Below are positions 1 through 8,641 of a stretch of DNA of 29,559 nt, piece after piece; position 1 is the stretch's first letter, and each line of letters begins with the position of its first letter. Origin of the DNA: a virus. Lineage: Duplodnaviria > Caudoviricetes. The notes below the pieces were generated by a model. The model was not told the DNA's origin and did no database searches. It was given only the letters and a program-made list of their open reading frames with translations. A program made the position numbers and the translations under genes. The stretch is from the IMG/VR virus record IMGVR_UViG_3300042528_000247, positions 1 through 29,559 of that record; one strand, 5' to 3'.

Positions 1-2
1 CT

Positions 3-161
3 GACCAACTCCAAGCCGAATACGACGCGAAACTAGCCGAACTAGACAGACTCATCGCGGAGAATAACGCGAAGCTCGCGGCAAATCACCTCGCCATGCA
101 AGCCGCCATTGCCGACGCGCAATCCGCCATTGCCACAGCTATTGAAAAACTGAGCAAATGA
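3..161 (+). CDS. 5'-truncated coiled-coil hypothetical protein
   Basis: Open frame DQLQAEYDAKLAELDRLIAENNAK...IEKLSK*, translated by hand; its TGA overlaps the next ATG (ATGA at 158-161). Confidence 0.7.
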   Translation, partial: DQLQAEYDAKLAELDRLIAENNAKLAANHLAMQAAIADAQSAIATAIEKLSK

Positions 162-346
162 AACGCTTTCCTCTTTCCTCAATCCCAAACGTCGCGGGAT
201 TCCGCTTCATCGGCATCACGAAGGATGACAGGCGCATTGTCTGCTATGTCGCAACAAATGAAAGCTGCCAGCACGAAGCACGCGACGAATCAGACGGCAG
301 TAATTGCTTTCATCGTCTCGCATATTGGGAGATAATCACGGGCTGA
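158..346 (+). CDS. hypothetical protein (62 aa)
   Basis: ATGA-coupled to the upstream ORF and ends 1 nt before terS. Confidence 0.7.
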   Translation: MKRFPLSSIPNVAGFRFIGITKDDRRIVCYVATNESCQHEARDESDGSNCFHRLAYWEIITG

Positions 347-347
347 T

Positions 348-851
348 ATGGCAAAGAATACACAAAACGACGGCACAGGCGCGCCAGCGGCGTTAAAGCG
401 ACTAGAGACGGAAGAGTTGAAGTGCTACCAGTCGAAAGAGGCGCTAGAGGCGGCGCTTTCAGAACTTGCGGAGCCTTCGCTTAATGCAACAAGCGAACAG
501 CGCGAATTATGGATTGCGCAAAAGACGCGAATCGAAAGCGATCTGCTTTTCAGTTTCAAAAGATGGGACGTGGCGAGGAAGGCGCTGATGGAATACGATA
601 AGTCCGTTGCGCCAGAAAAACGCGAGGGCGAAAAGATACTTGTGAGCGAGTGCAAGGAGATTTTCGCGCAGTATCAACTCAGCATAGACCTCGCCATTGA
701 GCAGACCATAATCGCAGACGCGCAATCCGCCGCACTGTGCGACTCTCCTGAGGCTTTTCACATCGCCCATGCTGGAAACTACCGCGCAGCAAAGGAAGGC
801 GCGATTACGGCGGCGAAGAATGACGGTGTTTTGCCCTCATGGATACTCTAG
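348..851 (+). CDS. terS: probable terminase small subunit
   Basis: Helical 167-aa protein directly upstream of, and overlapping, a gpA-type terL; 'EREGEKILVSE' resembles the Nu1-like 'xxEGELV' segment. Mostly a positional call. Confidence 0.6.
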   Translation: MAKNTQNDGTGAPAALKRLETEELKCYQSKEALEAALSELAEPSLNATSEQRELWIAQKTRIESDLLFSFKRWDVARKALMEYDKSVAPEKREGEKILVSECKEIFAQYQLSIDLAIEQTIIADAQSAALCDSPEAFHIAHAGNYRAAKEGAITAAKNDGVLPSWIL

Positions 852-2626
852 CCTTCGCCCGCAAGCATATTGTCTTTAACAAGTCGTCGCCTATCACGGG
901 GCCGTTTCGTGATGAGTTCTACCCGTTTCTTAGAAAGCCTCTAATGGCGGCGGATGACATCACTTGCAAGCGGCTTGTGATTTACAAGGCGTCTTCGTGC
1001 ATGGGGACGGTTACGGGGCAGATTATTAACACTAAGCGCATCGTGTGCGACGTTGGCGATCAAAAGATGGTATGTCAGAGCGATGACGATGCCGCGCTTT
1101 GGGCAAAGACGCGTGGCAAAGAATGGGTGCGGGCGAATAAGGACGCGATGCGGCTTGTGTCTCGTGACAAATACGCAATCACAAATGACTTGATGATTTT
1201 TCGCCACAAATTTCTCGAAATCTCAGGGCCGGGAATTACCTCGGCGCAGTCAGTGCAAGTGCGTTATCTGCAAACGGACGAATCGCACTTGGAGGCGTTT
1301 CCAGATGGGCGACTAATCGAGTTTGAAAAGCGAATGGGCGGAAGATGGGACAGACAAGGAACGCACATTACCACCGCGCCCGACGAAGGCCGCGAAGTTG
1401 ACACATTCTTTCTAGCAGGCCAACAAGACGAGTGGCATTTCCGCTGCCCGAAATGCGCGGAACTATTTTGGCCGCTTTGGGCGGAAGATGCAAAAGAGAA
1501 ATACGGCGCGGAGGTGTTCGTGATTAACGGCGACTCGATTTCTTGCGTTTGCCCGCATTGTCACGAATCATTTCAAGACACCGCACGCGAACGCTACGCG
1601 CTCGTGAAAGATGGCGACTATGTTTCGCAGAATCCGACATCATCGCCGGAAACTCGTTCGTTTCGGTGGGCGGTTTGGGCTGCTCATTGGATTTCATGGC
1701 GCGAAATGCTGATTGAGTCAGCCGCGGCAATGGAGGCGGCGAAGCTCGGCAACTTGAAACCGTTAGAAGATTTTCACAAGAAGCGCCTTTGCAAATCTTG
1801 GAAGCCTTTTCTTCCCGATTTTGGCGGCGGCAAAGGCGTCAACGATTACAAGCTGGGCGACGCATGGGAAAGCGCGGAGGAAAAGATAAGAATACTCAGC
1901 GCGGATTTCCAAGCTGGCAGCGGAGATGAAGGCGCGCATCTTCACGCGCTTTGCGTGGAATATGACCGCCTTGGAAACTCTCGCCGCATTGAATACAGGC
2001 GCTTAGATACTTTCGAGCAGCTTCATCAAATGGCGCTCACTTTGGGCGTTCGTGAAGCTAAGGTTGACGGCAAACTTACGGGAAAAGGAACGTGCGTTAT
2101 CGTGGACTCAGGCCATGAGAATAGGCTGGTTTTCCGTGAGTGCTCAAAATATGGCTGGTATGCCTATCGTGGAAGCGACCTAGAGCAATTCCACGTTGCG
2201 ACGATTGACGGCAAGCAAGTCTCGCATCCTATGCCTTACTCAGTGCCAAAGCCGGAAAGCGGCATCGTTGGAGAGAAGCAGCCGGATAGACTGCGCGGAG
2301 TTGCCAAGGGCGCATTACCCGCAGGCTGGGCGTATTGCATCGTCGGCGACAATAACACGCTTTACGGCTATTTGTCGGCGCTTGTAGGAGGCTCTAGCGG
2401 GCGTTACTTCGGCATTGCGTCCGATATGCCGGAGATTTACGTCGCCAATATGCCCGCGTTTATCCCGCTTGTGGAGACGGACAAAAAGACGAACAAGGCA
2501 AAGGCAACGGTGTGGAAGCGCGTTCGCAGGGATCATTTTTGGGATTGCGAGGTAATGGCGTTGACTCTCGCAATGAAGCACGGACATTTTCCGCTAGCTA
2601 TAACCAAAACACAGGAGACAAAATGA
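839..2626 (+). CDS. terL: terminase large subunit, lambda gpA family
   Basis: N-terminal 'GPFRDEFYPF', deviant Walker A 'KASSCMGT', Walker B 'YLQTDE', motif III-like 'TTAP', CPKC/CPHC Zn knuckles, nuclease acidic motifs 'SADFQ', 'VDSGH' and 'DHFWDCEVMA'. Confidence 0.9.
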   Translation: MDTLAFARKHIVFNKSSPITGPFRDEFYPFLRKPLMAADDITCKRLVIYKASSCMGTVTGQIINTKRIVCDVGDQKMVCQSDDDAALWAKTRGKEWVRANKDAMRLVSRDKYAITNDLMIFRHKFLEISGPGITSAQSVQVRYLQTDESHLEAFPDGRLIEFEKRMGGRWDRQGTHITTAPDEGREVDTFFLAGQQDEWHFRCPKCAELFWPLWAEDAKEKYGAEVFVINGDSISCVCPHCHESFQDTARERYALVKDGDYVSQNPTSSPETRSFRWAVWAAHWISWREMLIESAAAMEAAKLGNLKPLEDFHKKRLCKSWKPFLPDFGGGKGVNDYKLGDAWESAEEKIRILSADFQAGSGDEGAHLHALCVEYDRLGNSRRIEYRRLDTFEQLHQMALTLGVREAKVDGKLTGKGTCVIVDSGHENRLVFRECSKYGWYAYRGSDLEQFHVATIDGKQVSHPMPYSVPKPESGIVGEKQPDRLRGVAKGALPAGWAYCIVGDNNTLYGYLSALVGGSSGRYFGIASDMPEIYVANMPAFIPLVETDKKTNKAKATVWKRVRRDHFWDCEVMALTLAMKHGHFPLAITKTQETK

Positions 2627-2905
2627 ACACATATAAATCAACACAAAAAGACGACTGGTTATCCACCTCAGCGAATGAGGTTTTTAAGAGCGAAGTATTT
2701 ACAGATGAAAGCCCGATTGATGACGATAATCGTTTAGACTACGCGGATTTTCAAAAACGCTCTGAAATTGTAACGAAAACTATGGCCTTCAAGTTAGGAT
2801 TGCAGCACGGGCCGGGATTTGTTGAAGTAGAGACTTGGAGATGCGAAGCTACGCGCGCAAACATGATTAGAGTGAAGCTGACTGTTTTCACTTTCCGCTA
2901 GCTAT
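2585..2905 (+). repeat. 17-bp direct repeat CAYTTTCCGCTAGCTAT (2585-2601 and 2889-2905)
   Basis: 16/17 identity, read directly; the copies bracket ORF 2623-2901. Confidence 0.85.
2623..2901 (+). CDS. hypothetical protein (92 aa), moron-like insert
   Basis: ATGA overlap with the terL stop, AGGAG at 2613-2617, AT-richer than its flanks. Confidence 0.75.
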   Translation: MNTYKSTQKDDWLSTSANEVFKSEVFTDESPIDDDNRLDYADFQKRSEIVTKTMAFKLGLQHGPGFVEVETWRCEATRANMIRVKLTVFTFR

Positions 2906-2908
2906 TTC

Positions 2909-3028
2909 GCGGCAGTCGGTGTAAAAGCCAACTCAGTGACGGACAACAGTATTGTTTCGGCCTATTGGTGTGGGCTGGTTATCTCATACGCTGGGGCGGT
3001 AAAAACGTAAAAGCGCGCCCGCCGTCGC
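2909..3028 (+). ncRNA. possible structured intergenic RNA
   Basis: Hand-folded multibranch: GCGGCAG/CCGTCGC (1 mismatch), CTCAGTG/CGCTGGG, ACAA/TTGT and GGCCTA/TGGGCT hairpins. Confidence 0.3.
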
Positions 3029-3078
3029 CTAACTTTGCGCTTGCTAGTTGTTAGGTGTCTCTGCTATATGTCCGCGAA

Positions 3079-3342
3079 ATGCCTAGCCCGCGCAGACTTT
3101 TTCGCAACTTTACTACCGCCCAAATACAGCAGTTGCTCGCTAGCGGGTTTGATCGCGCCCTTTACGGCACATTCACAAGCCTTAGCGGAGGCGCAAAATC
3201 CAGCGGGATTCAAAACATGGACTTGAGTGAATTACTCATGGAAGCAAACTATGAGCTAGGCATCCGTGGCGGCACACTTGGGCCGTCTAAAACATATCAA
3301 GACTTCACGGGTAATCGCCCGCCAATTACCGTCAATGACTAA
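3079..3342 (+). CDS. probable head-tail joining protein (gpW-like position)
   Basis: 87 aa between terL and portal, as in lambda A-W-B; ATG at 3079 preferred over GTG at 3055. Confidence 0.6.
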   Translation: MPSPRRLFRNFTTAQIQQLLASGFDRALYGTFTSLSGGAKSSGIQNMDLSELLMEANYELGIRGGTLGPSKTYQDFTGNRPPITVND

Positions 3343-6016
3343 GCCCGCACTCTCTCAACGAATCAAAGCAGGCATCCAAGGCATCGCGCTCGGCGTTGCT
3401 AAGTTTGCAGGCTACAATGCGGCGATGCCGAATAAGGCGCAAGCGCCAGCAACGCGCACGGGCACTAATCCAAACTCCAGCTACGCGCAACAGCAGCGCG
3501 TGCGGTTGTCTTTTGAGGGTGAGAACGCGATTAAAAACACTAGCTTTGCGCGCAACTACATTAACAAACGCCGGATGTATTGCAGCAGCGGAATCACATA
3601 CGCGCCCGATACTGGCGACCACGCGCTAGATGAAGCGGTGAGCGCGTATTGCATGGAACAATGGAAGCACATGGGCGTTGGATGCTCCATGCAACAGGCG
3701 TTTGCCCGTGCGAGCGATGTGAACTTACCGGAACGCGGAGACTCGGCGCTGCAATGGTATCGTGACGAGGGGCGCTTGCGCTTGTTGGAAGTCACGGCGG
3801 ATCGCATTGGCGAGCTTTATCAGTTCACTCGACCCGTGCGCGATGTTCGCAGCGGCGAAGTCTATTTTTCCGGCTTGTATTTGCAGGGGCCGAATACCGC
3901 CGCCTATCGCATTTACGAGCGCGGCTTTGACGCGATTTACACAAACCCGCAGCGCGTGGAAGCGTGCGACATTATATTTTTCAAGGACGACATCACGGGC
4001 GGCGTTCGCGGCGTTTCAATCTTCGCCTCGGCGCTGGAAGATGTGAACTCGCGCTATCAGATTTTGAAGAGCACGAAAGACACGATGCAGCAGCAGTCGA
4101 AGATTGCGGCTATCGCGTCAAATAATAGCGGGCAACCAAACGAACTCGACTACGAGACGCAAGTGAGCAGCCAGGGCGCGGTTGAATACGTGGAGACGAT
4201 GGCAGACGGAGCTATCGTGAAATACCAGTTCAACGGCGACAACTATCAAGTGTTGAAAGGCGAGCATCCAAGCGATTCGTTCATTAACGGGATGCGCTAC
4301 TTGGACGCATCGGCTTCGCTTGCAGTTGGCTTTCCTTACGAGTTTTTATTCAGCGGAGCACAAAGCGGCGGCGCTCCTTTCCGTGGCGCATTTGAGGCGG
4401 CAGGGCGCGAGATTATGCGGCTCCGAAATGACGTTCACCGCCCTCGATTGGACGTTATCAGCTACGTGACAATCATGGACGGCGTGGAGCGAAAGAAGCT
4501 CCCGCCCATGCCAAACATTGCGCGTGGTTGCTGGGGCTTTACTACGCTGCCCACGGCAGACGCCTTCCGCGACGATGCTTCGGACATCAAGGCGATTCGC
4601 AGCGGCATCACGACGAAAAGCGCCGTCATCATGGCGAACAGCGGGCGCAGCTTTCCCGTGGTTCTGCGCGAGTCCATGCAGGAAGCGGTGGCAACAGCGA
4701 TGGCAGTGGAAGATGCAAACCGCGCACTTGTTAAAGCTGGATACAAGCCAAGCGTGACCATTGCCGACATCGCGCAAGTGAGCGACAATCCGCAACAGGC
4801 GGCAGCGGCCGAAGGAATGACCCTTTCGCAAGAAACCTCAGTGCCGCTTCCAGATAATTCTCAAAAAGCACGCTTGTCGGAAATGATTTCTGAAGAATGT
4901 GAAGGCTGCGAGTATTGCGATGACTCGATTGCGAGAATGGAAGATGATTCTGAGAAACGATTTGAAAAAGTCGTGAAAGATCCAGAGACAGGAAGAGAGC
5001 GGACGGTGAGATACGGCCAAGCTGGCAAGGCGGCAGATGGCGGCGACCGAATCAGGCCGGGAACCGCCAAGGGTGATTCCTATTGCGCCCGCAGTGAGAA
5101 AATAAAAGGCGACTGGAGGTCAGACCCAAACTCTCCGAACAATCTATCTCGCAAAAAATGGAATTGTCGCGGGCCAAAATCATTAGCAAAACTCGCGTTT
5201 GACGAATCAAAGCATCCTCGCGCCGATGATGGGAAGTTTGGCAGCGGGGGCGGAAATAAAGCAGCAAATCCCGCAGAAGAGTTTAAGAAAAAGCACGGAC
5301 GCGATCCGACATTCCAAGAGCTACACGGAGGAAAAGGCGGCTTGATTGAAAAACTCGAAAAGAAAGACGGCGGAAACAAGGCCGCAATCCGCGACGTTAC
5401 GCCGGAAGGATTCGGGCCGACTGAAAGCAATTACAACGCAGGCGCAGACCCGGAGCGACTGCACGTTGATCCAGTTGAATTTAACAAGCTGAAATCCTCT
5501 ATCAATGAAGCGCAAACGCTTTTGAAGGGCGATCTTTCGCCGGAAAAACAAGCACAAATTCACCGCAGCTTAGAGGCGACGAAAAAGAAGCTGGAAGACT
5601 TACAGAATCACGAACCCACAAGCCCAAGCCAGCCAGCCGCTAAGACCGGCGATGCAGCGCCAAAGAAAGAGGGCGCGCCAGCGCCTAAGCAAAGCAAGCT
5701 AGAACAATTAAAAGCCAAGCATGAGGCACTAAAAGCAAAGAACGCGAGCAACGCAAAGAATCTTGCCGATGCAAATGCGCGCGTTAAAGAATTACACGGG
5801 CAGCTTGTGGAGCAACTAAAGGTCGGAACAGGAACGGCAAATGACGACTTGAAAAAGACCGTCAATGAACTTGGCGCTAAGATTGCGGAAACGGAAACCC
5901 ATACGGCGACTATTCAGCACGCACTAAAAAACGAGGATATAGCCGCAGATGAGAGCGGGCAAGATTCTCCAGAACATGAGGCGGCGCGCAAGCGAACAGA
6001 ATACGTCTCGAAATGA
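3335..6016 (+). CDS. portal protein, lambda gpB family, with long C-terminal extension (893 aa)
   Basis: 'GYNAA' N-terminus, 'ERGD', 'LLEVTADRI', 'GVRGVSIFASAL', 'GFPYEFL', 'DIKAIRSGITTKS' follow the lambda-type portal layout over ~500 aa; the ATG overlaps the upstream stop. Confidence 0.88.
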   Translation: MTKPALSQRIKAGIQGIALGVAKFAGYNAAMPNKAQAPATRTGTNPNSSYAQQQRVRLSFEGENAIKNTSFARNYINKRRMYCSSGITYAPDTGDHALDEAVSAYCMEQWKHMGVGCSMQQAFARASDVNLPERGDSALQWYRDEGRLRLLEVTADRIGELYQFTRPVRDVRSGEVYFSGLYLQGPNTAAYRIYERGFDAIYTNPQRVEACDIIFFKDDITGGVRGVSIFASALEDVNSRYQILKSTKDTMQQQSKIAAIASNNSGQPNELDYETQVSSQGAVEYVETMADGAIVKYQFNGDNYQVLKGEHPSDSFINGMRYLDASASLAVGFPYEFLFSGAQSGGAPFRGAFEAAGREIMRLRNDVHRPRLDVISYVTIMDGVERKKLPPMPNIARGCWGFTTLPTADAFRDDASDIKAIRSGITTKSAVIMANSGRSFPVVLRESMQEAVATAMAVEDANRALVKAGYKPSVTIADIAQVSDNPQQAAAAEGMTLSQETSVPLPDNSQKARLSEMISEECEGCEYCDDSIARMEDDSEKRFEKVVKDPETGRERTVRYGQAGKAADGGDRIRPGTAKGDSYCARSEKIKGDWRSDPNSPNNLSRKKWNCRGPKSLAKLAFDESKHPRADDGKFGSGGGNKAANPAEEFKKKHGRDPTFQELHGGKGGLIEKLEKKDGGNKAAIRDVTPEGFGPTESNYNAGADPERLHVDPVEFNKLKSSINEAQTLLKGDLSPEKQAQIHRSLEATKKKLEDLQNHEPTSPSQPAAKTGDAAPKKEGAPAPKQSKLEQLKAKHEALKAKNASNAKNLADANARVKELHGQLVEQLKVGTGTANDDLKKTVNELGAKIAETETHTATIQHALKNEDIAADESGQDSPEHEAARKRTEYVSK

Positions 6017-6207
6017 GAGTATCACCACGACGCACGCCGATAGCACGCGCCCGCCTTTCCGCTGGATTGCAGCAGAAAGAAATGGCCGCGAAGATTGGCG
6101 TTTCTCAAAGCTATCTGCAAAAGGTAGAGCTTGGAGTCTTAAAGCCTAGCCTTCGTTTGCAGGAGATAGCAAAGGCGCTTTACCGCGTTAAAGCGCAATG
6201 CGTTTAG
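6013..6207 (+). CDS. XRE/Cro-family helix-turn-helix protein
   Basis: 'ARLSAGLQQKEMAAKIGVSQSYLQKVELGVLKPS' is a typical HTH_3 pattern; ATGA-coupled to the portal. Confidence 0.9.
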   Translation: MRVSPRRTPIARARLSAGLQQKEMAAKIGVSQSYLQKVELGVLKPSLRLQEIAKALYRVKAQCV

Positions 6208-6221
6208 CTTCCCTCGCTTTG

Positions 6222-6242
6222 CCTAATCGGATTAGGTATAAG
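6222..6242 (+). promoter_or_regulatory. palindromic operator-like site plus -10-like box
   Basis: Perfect inverted repeat CCTAATC-G-GATTAGG (6222-6236) abutting TATAAG, 7 nt before the protease ATG. Confidence 0.5.
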
Positions 6243-6249
6243 CGCGGAA

Positions 6250-7212
6250 ATGGCAACAGCTTTAGCATCACTTAGGCACGCATCGTTTTCGCAAGATAGC
6301 ATCAACGGCGATGTGCTTTTGGGCGTAAAGATTGCAGAACTAGGCAAGGTCGCGTGCTTCAGCGGGCCGGATGGAAAGCCGCGCTATGCGACAATCACGC
6401 CCGCATTTGTGGATGCGCTACTTTCTCATGCTGGCAGTCGTTCTATTCCCGTTCATTGGACGCACGATTACAAGCAGGGCAACGGCGATGCGCTGCACGC
6501 CAAGGTCGGCAAACTTAAAGACATTCGCAAAGACAGTGAAGGAAACCCCATCGCAGACCTTCACCTAGCGCCGGGCCAGTATAAGGAGACTGCTCTATGG
6601 AACGCAGAGCACGACCCTGAGAATATGATGCTGTCGCCCGTGTTTTCCTACGACCCATCCGACAAGGACAGCACGCCTCTCGATTTTCAAGCCGCCGATT
6701 TAGTCGAATGTGGCGCAGCGACTACGGCTCTTTTTTCCGCAGCACAAACACAAACACAAACACAAACCAAAATGACAGACGAAGATAAAATCGAAGTCGC
6801 TAAGATGATTGCAGACGCAATCGCCGCAGCGAATAAACCAGCGGACGCGCCCGTCGTGCCCGACACCGCCGAAATGGAAGCAACCGCAGGCGTCACCGAT
6901 GCCGACAAAAAGCCAGAGGACGAAAAAGCGCCCGCGCTCATGGCCGCGTTCGCACGTTGCAACCGCGCAATCAAACGCCAACTCGAAACTGCCAAAGGTG
7001 AAGCCGTCGTGCTCGCAGAGGCTAAGTTCACCGCCGCTCTCGGCGCTGGGAAGTTCACGCTTCCAGCCGCGCCAGCCGCGAAGGACGAAGTCGAAGAGGC
7101 TATCGCCGCTCAAATCTCAGCAGGCGCTAAAGATCGCTCCACGGCAATCTTCCGCTTGGCTAAAGATAAACCCGAAATCTACAACTCTGCTCGCAAAGCA
7201 GGAAAGCTCTAA
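6250..7212 (+). CDS. prohead protease / scaffold protein
   Basis: Position between portal and capsid genes; N-terminal domain with 'HWTH', 'VGKL' and 'LSPVF' (HK97/Mu gpI-like layout); Ala/Glu/Lys-rich helical C-terminal half. Confidence 0.72.
   Translation: MATALASLRHASFSQDSINGDVLLGVKIAELGKVACFSGPDGKPRYATITPAFVDALLSHAGSRSIPVHWTHDYKQGNGDALHAKVGKLKDIRKDSEGNPIADLHLAPGQYKETALWNAEHDPENMMLSPVFSYDPSDKDSTPLDFQAADLVECGAATTALFSAAQTQTQTQTKMTDEDKIEVAKMIADAIAAANKPADAPVVPDTAEMEATAGVTDADKKPEDEKAPALMAAFARCNRAIKRQLETAKGEAVVLAEAKFTAALGAGKFTLPAAPAAKDEVEEAIAAQISAGAKDRSTAIFRLAKDKPEIYNSARKAGKL
6772..7212 (+). CDS. putative nested scaffolding protein (in-frame internal start, 146 aa)
   Basis: In-frame ATG preceded by (ACAAAC)n-CAAA, the same A/C-rich leader seen before other genes of this genome. 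Confidence 0.55.
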   Translation: MTDEDKIEVAKMIADAIAAANKPADAPVVPDTAEMEATAGVTDADKKPEDEKAPALMAAFARCNRAIKRQLETAKGEAVVLAEAKFTAALGAGKFTLPAAPAAKDEVEEAIAAQISAGAKDRSTAIFRLAKDKPEIYNSARKAGKL

Positions 7213-7225
7213 TACCTAACTCATC

Positions 7226-7603
7226 ATGGCTACTACAAACACAGCTACAACTAACATCAAAATCCAGAAGACGGTAACGGCAACCGCCGTTGCGATTTCT
7301 CGTGGTGCTCGTCTCCTGCTCAATACTAACGGTCTCGTTAGCGTTGCGGGACTTAGCATTTGCGGCGATTACGTCGCACTTCAAGACATTCCGGCTTCCG
7401 GCACGGGCCTCGCGGCTCCTATCGGTAGCGGCGGCAGCGTGCCAGTGCTCGCTTCCGCAAACTGCACCGTCGGCGCAGCGGCTTACTCCGCAGCATCCGG
7501 CAAAGCGTCCGCAACATCAACTAACGCCGTGCTAATCGGCAAATGGCTGCAAGCTCCTTCGACCGATACTCTCGGCGTGGTGGAACTCGGCTACGTTGCT
7601 TAA
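7226..7603 (+). CDS. capsid decoration/cement protein (DUF2190-like)
   Basis: 125 aa, Ala/Gly/Thr-rich, 'AVAISRG...GDYVAL...IGKWLQA', immediately before the major capsid gene. Confidence 0.7.
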   Translation: MATTNTATTNIKIQKTVTATAVAISRGARLLLNTNGLVSVAGLSICGDYVALQDIPASGTGLAAPIGSGGSVPVLASANCTVGAAAYSAASGKASATSTNAVLIGKWLQAPSTDTLGVVELGYVA

Positions 7604-7622
7604 TTACTAACTAAATAATACA

Positions 7623-8618
7623 ATGCCAGCATATACTAACTCAACAGCCCGCCCTCGGCAGGAACTCGCATCCGTCATTCGTGAAGGGCGCGGGATTAAC
7701 AAGCTCAACATTCATTCGCAGATTCTTCCGGCCCTCCCGGTGAACAAGCGCACGGTGCATTTGGTCAAAGCCAAAATCGCAAACGCGCAGCTTGCTCGAA
7801 TCCTCGATGATTACTTCATCACCGCGCCCGGCGCAAACGTCGAGCGCATGACGGCAACTCTTAACGATGACTCGTTCACCGTTACGATCCGCAAGCGCGA
7901 GATTCAAGTGCCCGACGAAGTTGAAATGGATTACGCCGATTATCTCAGCGTGGAATCCCTCATGGCAGCGCAGGCCGCAGAAGCCGTGGAAATCACCACG
8001 GAGTATCTGACCGCCGCTGCGATCATGAATACGACCAACTTCGGCAGCGCAACAAACAGCGCCGTTGCTTACACGGAAGCCAACCTCGCCACGGTCAACT
8101 TCGTGCGCGATGTGTATGACTCGATTGAGCGCGTGCTGGATAAAGGCGAAGTCGCCGACACCATCGTGCTCAGCTCGCAGGTATATAAGCGCATCCGCCG
8201 CTCTACCTTGCTGACTAACTTCGTTGTTTCCCAACTCGGCAAAGGTTACGAAGTCAACCAGAGCAATCTGCAACTCGCGTTTGCCGACGCTGGCATCAAA
8301 AAGGTGCTCATCGGCAACAGCGTCTATAACAGCGCAAGCGACGGCGCAACGCCAGTTATGTCTCGCATTTGGGGCAATACTTACGTCTGGGTCGGCGCGG
8401 CTGGGGACAGCGCAAGCGCGCAGGAAGACGGAATTGCAACGCTGCAAGGCGCGGGCGTTAATGCCTACTGGGATTCCTACACGCCCGCAGACGGCTACGG
8501 CGTGGATACCTACCGCGAAGAAAAAACGGAGTCGAACATTGTTCGCACGAAAACCTCGAAAGCGCCCTACATTGCGAACGGCAATGCGGGTGACCTTATC
8601 GCCACACAATACAGCTAG
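7623..8618 (+). CDS. major capsid protein (HK97 fold, lambda gpE-like)
   Basis: 331 aa, position, 'ILPALPV', 'DTIVLSSQVY' and 'RIWGN' features; followed by a strong terminator. Confidence 0.85.
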   Translation: MPAYTNSTARPRQELASVIREGRGINKLNIHSQILPALPVNKRTVHLVKAKIANAQLARILDDYFITAPGANVERMTATLNDDSFTVTIRKREIQVPDEVEMDYADYLSVESLMAAQAAEAVEITTEYLTAAAIMNTTNFGSATNSAVAYTEANLATVNFVRDVYDSIERVLDKGEVADTIVLSSQVYKRIRRSTLLTNFVVSQLGKGYEVNQSNLQLAFADAGIKKVLIGNSVYNSASDGATPVMSRIWGNTYVWVGAAGDSASAQEDGIATLQGAGVNAYWDSYTPADGYGVDTYREEKTESNIVRTKTSKAPYIANGNAGDLIATQYS

Positions 8619-8641
8619 TCTCTAGTTTGAACTAGATACAC

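Noticed and set aside
3266-3334. Upstream GTG start for the portal
   Set aside because: Would overlap the gpW-like gene by 77 nt; the ATG at 3335 gives a normal short overlap.
7641-8609. 322-aa antisense ORF over the major capsid gene
   Set aside because: Mirror-frame shadow of a codon-biased gene; no motifs and wrong orientation for the operon.
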